Positions 9,713 to 19,947 of a DNA stretch of 64,000 bases are shown piece after piece (the first letter of the stretch is position 1; each line of letters opens with the position of its first letter). The stretch comes from a bacterium. Lineage in GTDB: Bacteria > UBA8248. Made by a program: the position numbers and the translations under genes. The notes beneath the pieces are model-generated. The model searched no databases. It was not told the DNA's origin and was given only the letters and a program-made list of their open reading frames with translations. The DNA lies in contig OZ253442.1 in assembly GCA_965261085.1 (NCBI GenBank), positions 2,752,001 to 2,816,000 on the forward strand, given 5' to 3'.

Positions 9713-10597
9713 TCAGGCGATGTTGGCCAGTTCCTGGTAAATGCGGAAGATTGAGCTCCCGTCCTCATGCTGCCTGCCCTTGCTGCGCTGGGCCAGATAG
9801 AGATGTTCCAGCAGGCCGCTGAGCGGCACGGGTACGTCCAGGTCCTTGGCGGAGTCGATGGCGCATTCGAGGTCCTTCAAGACTATCCATATCGGGCCTG
9901 ATTCCGGGAAATTGCCGGCCAGCATGTCCTTGCCGCGAACGTCGAGCACGTTTGAGCCGGCCGCGCCCGAGCACAGGGTCTCAAGCATGACGTCTTTGGG
10001 GATTCCCGCCTTGAGACCAAGGGTGAGACCCTCGCATGCCCCCGCCATGTTGATAAAGAGCACGAGATTCACCACGAGCTTCAACTGGGCGGCCAGCCCG
10101 TTTTCCTCGCTCACGTAAATCGTCTTCTTGCCGATGGCGTCGAAGGCGGGCTTCGCCTTATCGAACGCGGCCCTGGGACCTGCCGACATCACCACCAGGT
10201 CCTTCACGGCGGCCTGCTTTCCCACGCCGCTCACCGGACAATCCAGCCAACTCACGCCCTTCTCGCCCGCTTTTTCCGCTATTTCTTTCGAGAACTTGGG
10301 CGGAACCGTGCTCATATCGGCGATGATGCCGCCGGAGGAGATACCCTCAAGAATGCCTCCCTCGCCCGCCACCGCCTTTTCCACGACCTGGTAGTTCGGG
10401 AGTGAGGTCATCACCAGGTCGGCCCCATCGGCGGCGTCCGCAGGCGAAGACGCCCTGCGCATATTTTTACCCTCGAATTTCTCATACATCGCATCGAGCG
10501 GGTCATAACCCGCCACTTCCATGCCGGCGTCCAGCATATGGCCCGAAAAAGCACCGCCCATGACGCCCAAACCCACGACTCCTACGCTCATACTCAC
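9713..10597 (-). CDS. NAD(P)-dependent beta-hydroxyacid dehydrogenase (3-hydroxyisobutyrate DH family)
   Basis: GVVGLGVMG, DMST, DCPVSG, KLVVN; start GTG 10597 after AAGGAG. Confidence 0.88.
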   Translation of the reverse strand: MSMSVGVVGLGVMGGAFSGHMLDAGMEVAGYDPLDAMYEKFEGKNMRRASSPADAADGADLVMTSLPNYQVVEKAVAGEGGILEGISSGGIIADMSTVPPKFSKEIAEKAGEKGVSWLDCPVSGVGKQAAVKDLVVMSAGPRAAFDKAKPAFDAIGKKTIYVSEENGLAAQLKLVVNLVLFINMAGACEGLTLGLKAGIPKDVMLETLCSGAAGSNVLDVRGKDMLAGNFPESGPIWIVLKDLECAIDSAKDLDVPVPLSGLLEHLYLAQRSKGRQHEDGSSIFRIYQELANIA

Positions 10598-10685
10598 GGC
10601 TCTCAAGCTCCTTTTGAATGCGGCGGCGGATGGATGCCCCTCGCCCGCCGGTACCGGATACGAAAATTTTACTGTCTGCGCATCA

Positions 10686-11444
10686 TCAGTGAATGATATA
10701 ACCGCCGTCCACCACGAGGTTGTGCCCATGCACGAAAGAAGCATCCTGGGAGGCCAGGAACAATACTGCGCCCGCTATCTCCATCGGCTCGCCGAAACGC
10801 CCCATCGGCACGGTTCCCAGACGTTGGGCGCGTTCCTCAGGCGTCTTGTAGGCGTGTTTCTTGAGATATTCCGTCGCCGTAGGCCCCGGGCTGACGGCGT
10901 TCACCAGAATGTTCTCGCCTGCGAGTTCGAGCGCCATGGAGCGGGTGAGTTGAATCAACGCCGCCTTGGTCGCGCTGTAGAGCGCGGTATTGCGCGCCGC
11001 TACGGAACCCAACTGGCTCGCGACGTGGATGATTCTGCCGCCGCCCGCCTCACGCATGAGGGGCAGCACCGCCTGGCTCGCGAAAAAAGGAGCGCGCAGG
11101 TTCACGGCGACCACGCGGCCAAAATCCGCATAAGAGAATGTCCCGAATGGTTGGCTTGCGCGAATTCCTGCGTTGTTCACGAGAACGTCGACGCCGCCCA
11201 TAGCGTCCGACGCGGCTTCCACCATGCGCTCGGCGGCGCCCTCTTCGGCCAAATCAAAGACCCCGAAAGCAGCCCTGCCTCCGGCGGCCTCGCATTCGCG
11301 TGCGACGTTTTCGAGTTCATCCTGCGTTCCATCGGCAGCCAGGTACAGGCTCGCTCCTTCGGCGGCGAAGCGATTCGCCACGCATTCGCCGATTCCGCGC
11401 GATGCGCCCGTTACGAGCGCCTTTTTCCCCTCAAAACGATTCAA
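10686..11444 (-). CDS. SDR family oxidoreductase
   Basis: TGASRGIG, NNAG, YSATK, DGG. Confidence 0.92.
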   Translation of the reverse strand: MNRFEGKKALVTGASRGIGECVANRFAAEGASLYLAADGTQDELENVARECEAAGGRAAFGVFDLAEEGAAERMVEAASDAMGGVDVLVNNAGIRASQPFGTFSYADFGRVVAVNLRAPFFASQAVLPLMREAGGGRIIHVASQLGSVAARNTALYSATKAALIQLTRSMALELAGENILVNAVSPGPTATEYLKKHAYKTPEERAQRLGTVPMGRFGEPMEIAGAVLFLASQDASFVHGHNLVVDGGYIIH

Positions 11445-11535
11445 CCCGCGTTTCTCCTACCGAAAAGTTGCGCTATATTCCCCCCCGGTGCGACGACGCG
11501 CTCCCGGGATGGCCAAAAACAAGGAGAATGGCACG

Positions 11536-12138
11536 ATGCCCCGACCGGAAACCTCATTTCAAGAACTCCAGCACGTCGCCGTCAAGGTGTCGAACATCAA
11601 GGAATCTCTCAGGTTCTATACCGAGATTCTCGGCTTCACCCTCTCGGAGCGCCACGACCCGGGAGAACACCCCACCCTCGCCGTGGGCCTATGTTTTCTG
11701 CGGTGTACCGCGTTTCATCACGATTTGAACCTAGTATACCACACCGGCGAGCAGCCCGCGCTGGCGCAACTGAAAACCGACGATCAGGGCCCGATCAAGG
11801 ACCTGGGGTTGCATCATTTCGCATTTAGAGTAAAAGACCGGGTCGAGTTCCTCGCCTGGAGAGAGTGGATCGAGGAATGCGGCGTCAAAATTGTGCGCGG
11901 CCCCCTGGTGCACAGCCCCACGCATCCTGAGGGCGATGGCACCTGGGGAGAGAACAGGGCCATGTACTTTTGCGACCCCGACGGTCACCGGATCGAAATC
12001 TTTTGCGACCTGGCCCGGATGGACGAGGCCAACGGCATCGAGAAGGAATGGTATGAAAACCGACTCCGAAAGGAGGGAATCGACCCCGCCCCGCATCAGC
12101 CCGTCGGCCCCCATCCGACAGGGGCTCTCAAGCGCTGA
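11536..12138 (+). CDS. VOC/glyoxalase family protein (resembles the extradiol dioxygenase C-domain)
   Basis: AAGGAG SD; HVA, FYTEILGF, FLRCxxxHHD, HHFAF, YFCDPDGHRIEI. Confidence 0.85.
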   Translation: MPRPETSFQELQHVAVKVSNIKESLRFYTEILGFTLSERHDPGEHPTLAVGLCFLRCTAFHHDLNLVYHTGEQPALAQLKTDDQGPIKDLGLHHFAFRVKDRVEFLAWREWIEECGVKIVRGPLVHSPTHPEGDGTWGENRAMYFCDPDGHRIEIFCDLARMDEANGIEKEWYENRLRKEGIDPAPHQPVGPHPTGALKR

Positions 12139-12177
12139 ACCGCCGCCCGAGAAATGTTTCCCTATGAGTGAGACGCC

Positions 12178-13941
12178 GTGAGCTGGAAAAATTTTCGCAT
12201 ACAACTTCTCGGCTGGCTGCTCCACTTCGATTTCTCAGACGACGGCATCTTCTACTTCACGACCATCATCGTGGGAGCGCTCACCGGTTTCGTCGCCGTA
12301 TTCTTTCATCTCGCGCTGGGCTGGACGCATCACCTTCTCTTCGGCTCCCACGATCTTTCCGAGATTCACCGCGCCTGGTACTGGGTGGCGGTCATACCTG
12401 CCGGGGGCGCTTTTCTCTCTGCGCTGTTTCTCCAATACTTCGCTCCCGAAGCCCGTGGCAGCGGCATCCCCCAGACGAAAATCGCGTACGTCGCCCACAA
12501 CGGTCACATCGACAAGCGCGTGTGGATAGGTAAGTTCCTCATCGGGGTCCTCAACATCGGCTCGGGCTCGAGCCTGGGACGCGAAGGCCCCACCGTGCAG
12601 ATATGCTCGGGCGCGGCGAGCTGGATAGGCGAGACGTTTTCGCTGAAAAGACGACGCGTGCAGGCGCTCGTCCCCGTGGGCTGCGCCGCCGCCCTGGCCG
12701 CCGCGTTCAACACGCCGATCGCCGCCGTCACATTCACGCTCGAAGAACTCGTGGGCGACCTGAACGCGCGCGTACTCGGCTCCATCGTGTTCGCCGCGGT
12801 TTCCGCGTCGGTCGTCTCGCGCGCCATTCTCGGCAACGAGCCCGTGTTCTCCGTGCCGTCTTATTCACTGGACAGTTCCCTGGAATTACTCCTCTACGCC
12901 CTGGTGGGCGTAATCTGCGCACTCGTCGCCGTGGCGTTCATCAAGGGATTGCTCTTCATACGAGCAGGATGGAAACACCTGCGAGGCTTCCGGGGCGTTC
13001 TCGCCACGGGTCTCGGCGGTCTTTTCGTGGGCGTCATCGGCATCTGGGTGCCCGAGGTATTCGCCGTGGGCTACCCCGCCGTGAGCAAGGCGCTCACGCA
13101 CAGCTATACGCTGCCCTTTCTATTGTCTCTGCTTGCCCTCAAACTCATCGCCACCGCGGTTTCTTACGGAACCGGCTCTTTGGGCGGCATCTTCGCGCCG
13201 ACGCTGTTCATGGGCGCGATGGCGGGGGGCGCCGTGGCCTCTCTCGCCGAAATCGCCTTCCCCGGCTTCGTGGCCCATCCGGGCGGATACGCGCTCGTGG
13301 GCATGGGCGCGGCCTTCGCGGCCGTCATTCGCGCGCCCATGACGTCGGTGCTCATCATCTTCGAGCTCACGCAGGACTACAACATCATTCTCGCGCTCAT
13401 GGTGGCGAACGCCATATCGCTCGCTCTCGCGCGATACTGGCACCCCGAACCGATATACAGCGCGCTTTCCTCACAAGACGGCGTCGCGCTGCCCGACCAT
13501 GAGACCGAACATCTCCTGCACGGGATTCACGTGTCCGACGCCATGGTCAGCGACGTCATCACCCTGCCTGAGGACATCACGATAGAAGAGGCGATTCAGA
13601 AAACAAAGGGAAGCGCCATCACCGGATATCCCGTCCTGGACGCGAGCGGGAAGATCTCCGGCATGGCGAGTAATTACGACTTCAGCCAGGCGCAGGCCGC
13701 AGGCATCCTGCAAAAACCCCTGGGCGAGATTGCGAAAAAGAAATACATCATGCACGCGCATCCGGATCAATCACTCGATTCGGTGATGGCCAAACTCGGC
13801 GACAGGCGAATCTCGCGCCTGCCCGTGGTGAGCCGCGTGGACCCGACAGAGCTTCTGGGAATCATCACCGCCGAGGACGTCATTCACGCCTTCGGCAAAG
13901 TGTGGCGCGGCCGGCAGCACCATCAACACGGCCCCGACTGA
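12178..13941 (+). CDS. clcA: ClC H+/Cl- antiporter with C-terminal CBS pair
   Basis: GSGIP, GREGP, FTLEE, GGIFAP motifs; two CBS domains. Confidence 0.9.
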   Translation: MSWKNFRIQLLGWLLHFDFSDDGIFYFTTIIVGALTGFVAVFFHLALGWTHHLLFGSHDLSEIHRAWYWVAVIPAGGAFLSALFLQYFAPEARGSGIPQTKIAYVAHNGHIDKRVWIGKFLIGVLNIGSGSSLGREGPTVQICSGAASWIGETFSLKRRRVQALVPVGCAAALAAAFNTPIAAVTFTLEELVGDLNARVLGSIVFAAVSASVVSRAILGNEPVFSVPSYSLDSSLELLLYALVGVICALVAVAFIKGLLFIRAGWKHLRGFRGVLATGLGGLFVGVIGIWVPEVFAVGYPAVSKALTHSYTLPFLLSLLALKLIATAVSYGTGSLGGIFAPTLFMGAMAGGAVASLAEIAFPGFVAHPGGYALVGMGAAFAAVIRAPMTSVLIIFELTQDYNIILALMVANAISLALARYWHPEPIYSALSSQDGVALPDHETEHLLHGIHVSDAMVSDVITLPEDITIEEAIQKTKGSAITGYPVLDASGKISGMASNYDFSQAQAAGILQKPLGEIAKKKYIMHAHPDQSLDSVMAKLGDRRISRLPVVSRVDPTELLGIITAEDVIHAFGKVWRGRQHHQHGPD

Positions 13942-14078
13942 TGACGCGCTTCCCGAATGCTTTGCAGAGAGTGCGAAGATTTTCATATGATGACCGAGAG
14001 GAAAGGCTGGAGATCCATGCTCGCGAGGATCGTTTTTCGGAATAGAGCGCCCGCAAACAGAATGCCGGAACCACAAAA

Positions 14079-14750
14079 ATGAACACGCAACATCTAACCA
14101 CCCTGCCTTCGAGCGGCCAGCCGACCTGGCTCAAAAAGATTTTCCAGGCGGGCTTTCGGCTCGCCTTCGGCGGAGTCGAGGTCCACGGCATGCACAACGT
14201 ACCGCCCGATGGCCCGCTGATCGTCGCCTCTAACCACCGAAGCTACCTCGACCCCGTGATCCTCGCCTCCTTCCTGCCGAGGCGGGTGTATCACATGGCC
14301 AAGCGCGAGTTGTTCCGCAATCCCCTGTTCGCGAGGCTGATCACCTACTACGGCGCCTTCCCCGTGGACAGGGAGGGAACCGCGCGCGCCAGCACCTTCC
14401 GGACGGCCCTCAATCTCTTGAAACTCAACGGGGCGGTGGTGATTTTTCCCGAGGGAGGCATCGTGGATTCGACGGCCGAGGTGGAAGTGAAAGAGGGCGT
14501 CGCCACCCTCGCCGCCATGAGCCGCGCGCCCGTTCTTCCGGTCTATATCGCGGGGTCGAACACGCTTATCAGACCGAGGGGAATCCTCGACTCCTGGCTC
14601 GTCATTCGCGTGGGCGAGGTCATCCCTCCGGCGCAAGGAAAGGGCCGGGAATACCGCAGGGAGTTCACCCAAAGCATCGCCGATGGGATATTGAAACTGG
14701 AGGCGGAGTTTTTCGCCGCGAAGAAGAGAAAGCAAGAAACGGGGGGTTGA
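14079..14750 (+). CDS. plsC: 1-acyl-sn-glycerol-3-phosphate acyltransferase family
   Basis: NHRSYLD (HX4D), FPEG. Confidence 0.85.
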   Translation: MNTQHLTTLPSSGQPTWLKKIFQAGFRLAFGGVEVHGMHNVPPDGPLIVASNHRSYLDPVILASFLPRRVYHMAKRELFRNPLFARLITYYGAFPVDREGTARASTFRTALNLLKLNGAVVIFPEGGIVDSTAEVEVKEGVATLAAMSRAPVLPVYIAGSNTLIRPRGILDSWLVIRVGEVIPPAQGKGREYRREFTQSIADGILKLEAEFFAAKKRKQETGG

Positions 14751-14822
14751 AGTATGACGGCTGGGGAGTATTTCGCCGCCATTCCGCTAGACAGTCATAT
14801 TTAGCCGAGCACCGGCAAAGTA

Positions 14823-14855
14823 AAGCCCCGCCACCTGCGTAGAGTGACGGGGCTT
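14823..14855 (-). terminator. Rho-independent terminator after the porin gene (possibly bidirectional)
   Basis: Minus strand AAGCCCCGTCAC-loop-GTGGCGGGGCTT followed by TACTTT; lies between convergent genes. Confidence 0.65.
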
Positions 14856-14945
14856 CATTTGTGAAGGTTATCAAGGAATAGGCAACTCTCTCGCCCTGAA
14901 CGCCCCTCCATTCAAGCGGAGAACTGCAAGCCTTGAACGAAAAAC

Positions 14946-16256
14946 CTAGAAGCTATACACAAGACCCAATTGGAGGCGCGAAGCGTCGCCCTTTCTGCCG
15001 TCGTTGGTCTCACGCCAGCCTTGTATGAACTCCACACCGGCTCGCATCTTGGGTGCGGGCGACCACCAAATAGTGGCGTGTAGCGTACGCTGCGACTGGC
15101 TGAGGTCCGCAAACGTCGCCTCGGCGTCACCGTAATCGGTCTCGACCCAGCCGTAATACAGACCCGAACTCACGGAGCTGCTCCAGTTATGCGTGAGGCC
15201 GACAAAACCGCCCATGGAGTCTACGGCCTCCAGTTCACCGCCCGTACCCAGGGTGGCGGCGGCGGTCGCCCCGACCATGTAACCCGCCAGTCCGCCCTGG
15301 CCGACGTTGAACGTGCCCCACAGGCGGGTGTCCTTGCCAAGGCCGACGTTCGCGCCGACGTGGAGGGCGGAGATCGTGAGATTTTCCTCCATCGCGCCTT
15401 CATCGTAGAGAACCTGCCCCACCAAGCCCGACACGTTAATAGCGCCCCAACTCGTTTTCAGGCGCAGAGCCCCCACAAGGTTCGGAATCCGATCTTGAGA
15501 GGACGTCTTCCCGCCGGCCATCAGAATAGTCGGAGCGTCAGGATCCTCGAGCGCAACCTGGGCGGTGAGATTCTTCCCCATGGCCGAGGTGTAGCGCAAT
15601 TGAGGCCGGCGTATGGCGGCCACGCCCACGGGCCCTTCGACATCAATCGTGTCGGCGTAGGTATTCTCATCCCCCAAGATCGACCAGTTCTGGCCCACCA
15701 GCACCCCACCCAAAGAGGCGTAGGCGTGGCGAAGGCGCAGGGCGTTGGGGGCATATAAAAAACCGGTTTCGATGCGAGTCTTGAGGTTGCCCATTTTTGT
15801 CGGCGTCAGGCTGTCGAAACGCAGGCGCGTTTGCTTGGCGTGCATGGAGAACTTACGCTGACCACTGTCATCGCCATCCAGGAGAATGCCACTTGCGCCA
15901 CCTCCGGAGTCGTAACCGAAAAAGGTATCGCCCAGATCCTGGTCGAAATCATAGATAGCGTCGAGCTTGACGTAGCCGCTGAAGGAGACCGACGTGTTGC
16001 TCCCCGGCATCTTCCAGGAACCCGGGAAGTCGCCGGTAGCCACGGCCTTTTTCTTGACGGCTTCCGCCGCGGCCTTCATATCGGCCTTCATCTTCTTCTC
16101 TCGGTCTTCGATGCCTTCGAGCCGATTCATGAGCGCCTTGATCTGCGCCTTGAGATCGTCGATCTCGCCTCCGGCAGCCGGCGCAACGAATAACGCCATG
16201 GCTGTTACACATCCAAGAAGCGCTAAACCGAAACGATTTGTCCTATTTCTCTTCAT
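14946..16256 (-). CDS. DcaP-family trimeric outer membrane porin
   Basis: Signal peptide, coiled coil, FPGSWKMPG, GYVKLD, RLRHAY, GQNWS, RRPQLRY, C-terminal Phe. Confidence 0.85.
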   Translation of the reverse strand: MKRNRTNRFGLALLGCVTAMALFVAPAAGGEIDDLKAQIKALMNRLEGIEDREKKMKADMKAAAEAVKKKAVATGDFPGSWKMPGSNTSVSFSGYVKLDAIYDFDQDLGDTFFGYDSGGGASGILLDGDDSGQRKFSMHAKQTRLRFDSLTPTKMGNLKTRIETGFLYAPNALRLRHAYASLGGVLVGQNWSILGDENTYADTIDVEGPVGVAAIRRPQLRYTSAMGKNLTAQVALEDPDAPTILMAGGKTSSQDRIPNLVGALRLKTSWGAINVSGLVGQVLYDEGAMEENLTISALHVGANVGLGKDTRLWGTFNVGQGGLAGYMVGATAAATLGTGGELEAVDSMGGFVGLTHNWSSSVSSGLYYGWVETDYGDAEATFADLSQSQRTLHATIWWSPAPKMRAGVEFIQGWRETNDGRKGDASRLQLGLVYSF

Positions 16257-16481
16257 ATTTCTGTCCCCCCGTGAGAAGTTCGGCAAAGAGTATGCTGCAC
16301 ATGAAGAGGCGGTTTCACGAAAACGACCTCTTCGAGTATTAAGTATCCCTTGTGGAGCGAATAATCGGGTGGATGCCTCGCCCATCCTTACCCGCGGACG
16401 TAATCAAGCATACCTTTAAGGAAAACGTAGTACCCCGCATCAGCCTCCGAATATTCAAGAAAAAAGGCCGAAGCCGTCAGA

Positions 16482-17348
16482 TCAGGAAGCGCCCAACGCC
16501 TTCAGGATGGTTCGCCTGATCAAGACGGGCGTCACCTGTTTCCTGTAGTCGCCGCTCGCGCGGATATCGGTCAGAGGCTCCAGGTCATCGAGGGTTTCCG
16601 CGAGCACGGCGTCGATGTTCTCCTGGTTGAGTTCCTTGCCTCGCAGACCCTCTTCCGCCGCCGTGAGGCGTCTGAACACGGCCTCCACTCCCCCTAAGCC
16701 GATTCGCACCTCTTTGGCCGTCTTGCCGTCTTCTTCGGTGAGCACCGCGGTGGAGACGGAAACGCAGGGCTTGTCCTCTTTGGAGCGCGTGGTGAAGCGC
16801 GTGTAGGCCGTCCTGAATCCATCGGGCAGTGGGTCGACCTCGATCGAACACAGCAACTCATCCTCATCCAACGCGCATTCGTAATATCCCGTCCAGAACT
16901 CCGTCGCGGGAATCACCCGCTCTGAGCCGTCCGCCTTTTTGGTGTTCATGCGGGCCTCAAGGGCCAGAAAAGCGCCTGGAGGATCCGATGCCGGTTCCGC
17001 AAAGCACAAGTTGCCGCCCACCGTCCCCTGGTTTCGGATGCGAATCGTGGCCACGTTGTGGAAGATTTCCGCGAGCAGCGGGAAGCGTTCCTGAACGAGC
17101 GGGGAGAGTTCGATCTTGCGGTGCACCGTCTTCGCCCCGATGCGGACGCCGCCGTTGTCGGTTCCTTCGATGAAATCCAGATCACTCGCCCCCGCAATGT
17201 CTATCAACACCTCGGGTTCGTACACCCGCGATTTCATGAGAATCGAGAGGGCGACGCCGCCGGCGAACACTTTCCCGTCCTCGCCGTGCTCCTTCATGGC
17301 GGCGAGCGTTTCCTCCGCGCTGTTCGCGGATAGATGCCGAAAAGACAT
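16482..17348 (-). CDS. Xanthine dehydrogenase family FAD subunit (CoxM-like)
   Basis: FAGG, IRNQGTVGGNL, DIRASGDYR. Confidence 0.9.
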   Translation of the reverse strand: MSFRHLSANSAEETLAAMKEHGEDGKVFAGGVALSILMKSRVYEPEVLIDIAGASDLDFIEGTDNGGVRIGAKTVHRKIELSPLVQERFPLLAEIFHNVATIRIRNQGTVGGNLCFAEPASDPPGAFLALEARMNTKKADGSERVIPATEFWTGYYECALDEDELLCSIEVDPLPDGFRTAYTRFTTRSKEDKPCVSVSTAVLTEEDGKTAKEVRIGLGGVEAVFRRLTAAEEGLRGKELNQENIDAVLAETLDDLEPLTDIRASGDYRKQVTPVLIRRTILKALGAS

Positions 17349-17367
17349 TTTTTATCCCCTCTCCTCG

Positions 17368-19653
17368 CTATTCACCATTTTTCTCGTTCAGGGCAGCCAA
17401 CACTTTTTCCGGCGTTATCGGCAGCGACGTGATTCGTACGCCCACGGCGTCATAGATAGCGTTCCCTATCGCCGCCGACGTTCCCAACTGCGCCATCTCG
17501 CCCAGCCCTTTCGCCCCATAGGGTCCCGAGGGATTTTCCGTCTCGATAAGCACGGCTTCGAGTTCGGGTAAATCCTGGGTCGTCGGCAGCTTGTAGTCGA
17601 GCCAGTTCGCGTTCACCGGCTGTCCGTCTTCGACTTCGAAATCCTCCATCATGGCGTAGCCCACGCCCATCAGCACGCCGCCGTCCAGTTGGCCCAGCGC
17701 GCCGGCTGGGTTCACGATGGTTCCGACGTCGTTCGTGCTGATGACCCGCAAGACCTCGAACGCGCCGGTTTCGGTGTCCACTTCCACCTCCGCCACCTTG
17801 GCGCCGTAGGCATAGGCCGCGGACCAGTTTCCATAACCCGTCACGGGGTCTGGCGTCTCGCTCGGCGAGTCATAAGAAGACGCCGTGTAGACGGCCTCGC
17901 TGCCCTCTTTTTCGTATATCTTCATGTAGGCTTCGCTGTGAGTCACCTGCCGCTCGGGAGAACTGGTGACGAAAATTTTGCCCTTTCGAGCGTCCAGGTC
18001 GTTCGGGTCGCACTCGAGCAGTTCCGCCGCGCCCTTGAAGAGCATGTTCTTCGCCTGGACCGCCGCCAGGCGCGTAGCCTCGCCGTCGATGGTCGTCGTA
18101 CGGCTTCCCCGCACGCCCCACCCGTAGGGGTTCACCGCAGTATCCCCGTTGATGATACGAACATCCTCCACGCGTACACCCAACGCTTCGGCGCAAATCT
18201 GCGCGAGCGTGGTGTCCGAGCCGTTGCCCATCTCGATCGTGCCCGAGAGCAACTGCACGGTGCCGTCCTTGTTCATCTTGATGAACGCGCCCGCCGTCTC
18301 CGGTCCCATTGCGCGCGCGCCGGTGAAATGAACCGCCGCGGCCAGCCCGAAGCCGCGCTTTTTCCCGTTGCTGCTCGGTTGTTCCTGACGCCAGGGCACG
18401 CGCTTGACCGCTTCCTGTACGCACTCGGAAACACCGCAACTCGTGATCTTGGCCCCGATGATGGTGGTGTCGCCCTTCCTCACGAAGTTCTTGATGCGAA
18501 ACTCCGCCGGGTCCATGCCGATTTCATCGGCGTGTTTCTCCATCGCGAGTTCAGAACCAAAGGAATAGCCGCCGTTGCCTATGCCGCGCATCGCGCCGCC
18601 GGGCGGCACGTTCGTGCAGACGACGTCGGCATGGTGGCGATAGGCCTTGTAGTTGTAGATGCTCCCGCCCATGTGCGCCGTGATGCCGCCGACCGCCGGG
18701 CCGTAATCGGAATAGCCGCCGTTTTCAACGACCATCCGGGTGTCGCGCGCCAGGAGCATGCCGTCCTTGTCCGTGGCGATGCGCCAGACGTGGAACTGCT
18801 TCGTCCGGTGGGTGCCGAGGAGGAACTCCTCTTCGCGGTCATAGTAGAATTTCACGGGAAGACCCAGCTTTTTCGCCGCGATGATCGAGAGGAAATCTAT
18901 GTTGAACTTACTCGTCGCCTTTCCGCCGAACCCCCCGCCCACGTAGTTCGTGATCACGCGAATCTGGGCCTCTGGAATCTTGAGGAGCTTGGAGAAATAC
19001 TGGCTCGAAAGACTCGGGCATTGCGAGGAGTTGTAGACCGTCACGTCGCCCTTTTGCGACCATTCGGCGATGGAGACGTGCATCTCGAAAGAACCGTGCA
19101 TCTGGCGCGAGGAGGACGTGGCCAACTCGCTCACGTGGTGAGCCTCGTCGAACATGCGGTCCACGTCGCCGAATTCCATGTGCTTGGTGAAGGCGATGTT
19201 ATTCGGGTATCTGTCATGGATGATGGGAGCGCCCTCTTGCATCGCTTCTTTCGGATCGAAGACGGCGGGAAGATCCTCGTAGTCGACGTCGATCAGATCG
19301 AGCGCCTCTTTCGCGATGTCTTCTGAAATCGCCACGACGGCGGCCACCGAGTCGCCCACGTGTCGCACCTTGTCCGAGGCGAGGGGACGCTGATCGTAGC
19401 AAACGGGTACGACGCCCCACTCCACTTCCTCGGGGATGTCCTTGGACGTCATCACGAGTTTGACGCCGGGTAGCCTCTCGGCGCGGCTGGTGTCGATGTT
19501 CTTGATTCGCGCGTGCGGAAGTGGACTTCCCAGCAGTTTTCCGTGAAGCATTTTGGGCAACTGGAGGTCCAGGGTGTACATGGCCCGGCCCGTCACCTTT
19601 TCCGGCCCATCGACGCGAGGCACGCTTTTTCCGACGTATGAGAGTTCAGCCAT
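17368..19653 (-). CDS. Xanthine dehydrogenase family molybdopterin subunit (HcrA/CoxL-like)
   Basis: DGPEKVTG, GGGFGGK, GAMRG, GAKGLGE; GGAGG SD before ATG 19653. Confidence 0.92.
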   Translation of the reverse strand: MAELSYVGKSVPRVDGPEKVTGRAMYTLDLQLPKMLHGKLLGSPLPHARIKNIDTSRAERLPGVKLVMTSKDIPEEVEWGVVPVCYDQRPLASDKVRHVGDSVAAVVAISEDIAKEALDLIDVDYEDLPAVFDPKEAMQEGAPIIHDRYPNNIAFTKHMEFGDVDRMFDEAHHVSELATSSSRQMHGSFEMHVSIAEWSQKGDVTVYNSSQCPSLSSQYFSKLLKIPEAQIRVITNYVGGGFGGKATSKFNIDFLSIIAAKKLGLPVKFYYDREEEFLLGTHRTKQFHVWRIATDKDGMLLARDTRMVVENGGYSDYGPAVGGITAHMGGSIYNYKAYRHHADVVCTNVPPGGAMRGIGNGGYSFGSELAMEKHADEIGMDPAEFRIKNFVRKGDTTIIGAKITSCGVSECVQEAVKRVPWRQEQPSSNGKKRGFGLAAAVHFTGARAMGPETAGAFIKMNKDGTVQLLSGTIEMGNGSDTTLAQICAEALGVRVEDVRIINGDTAVNPYGWGVRGSRTTTIDGEATRLAAVQAKNMLFKGAAELLECDPNDLDARKGKIFVTSSPERQVTHSEAYMKIYEKEGSEAVYTASSYDSPSETPDPVTGYGNWSAAYAYGAKVAEVEVDTETGAFEVLRVISTNDVGTIVNPAGALGQLDGGVLMGVGYAMMEDFEVEDGQPVNANWLDYKLPTTQDLPELEAVLIETENPSGPYGAKGLGEMAQLGTSAAIGNAIYDAVGVRITSLPITPEKVLAALNEKNGE

Positions 19654-19947
19654 CACAACCTCCACTCGTTTGCGGCATCAAAGGGCATGCCGCAGGGCGC
19701 TTTTATGTTCTTGTCCTTTGCTTGATAATTGGATAGGTATGGCAATTCGATCACATCGCAATCTCCCGGGAGTCGACAGAACACGATGTCACCTTCTTTG
19801 CATTCTATGAGCCTATCATAACAACTCCAGGGGCAAAACAAAACCCCCCAAAAATCGACGACCGAGGCCCTTAAAACCCCTTCTGGGAACATCCCTACCG
19901 ACTTTCTCGCCAAAAAAGTTATAAGCTTAGGAAGACCTAAAACGCCT

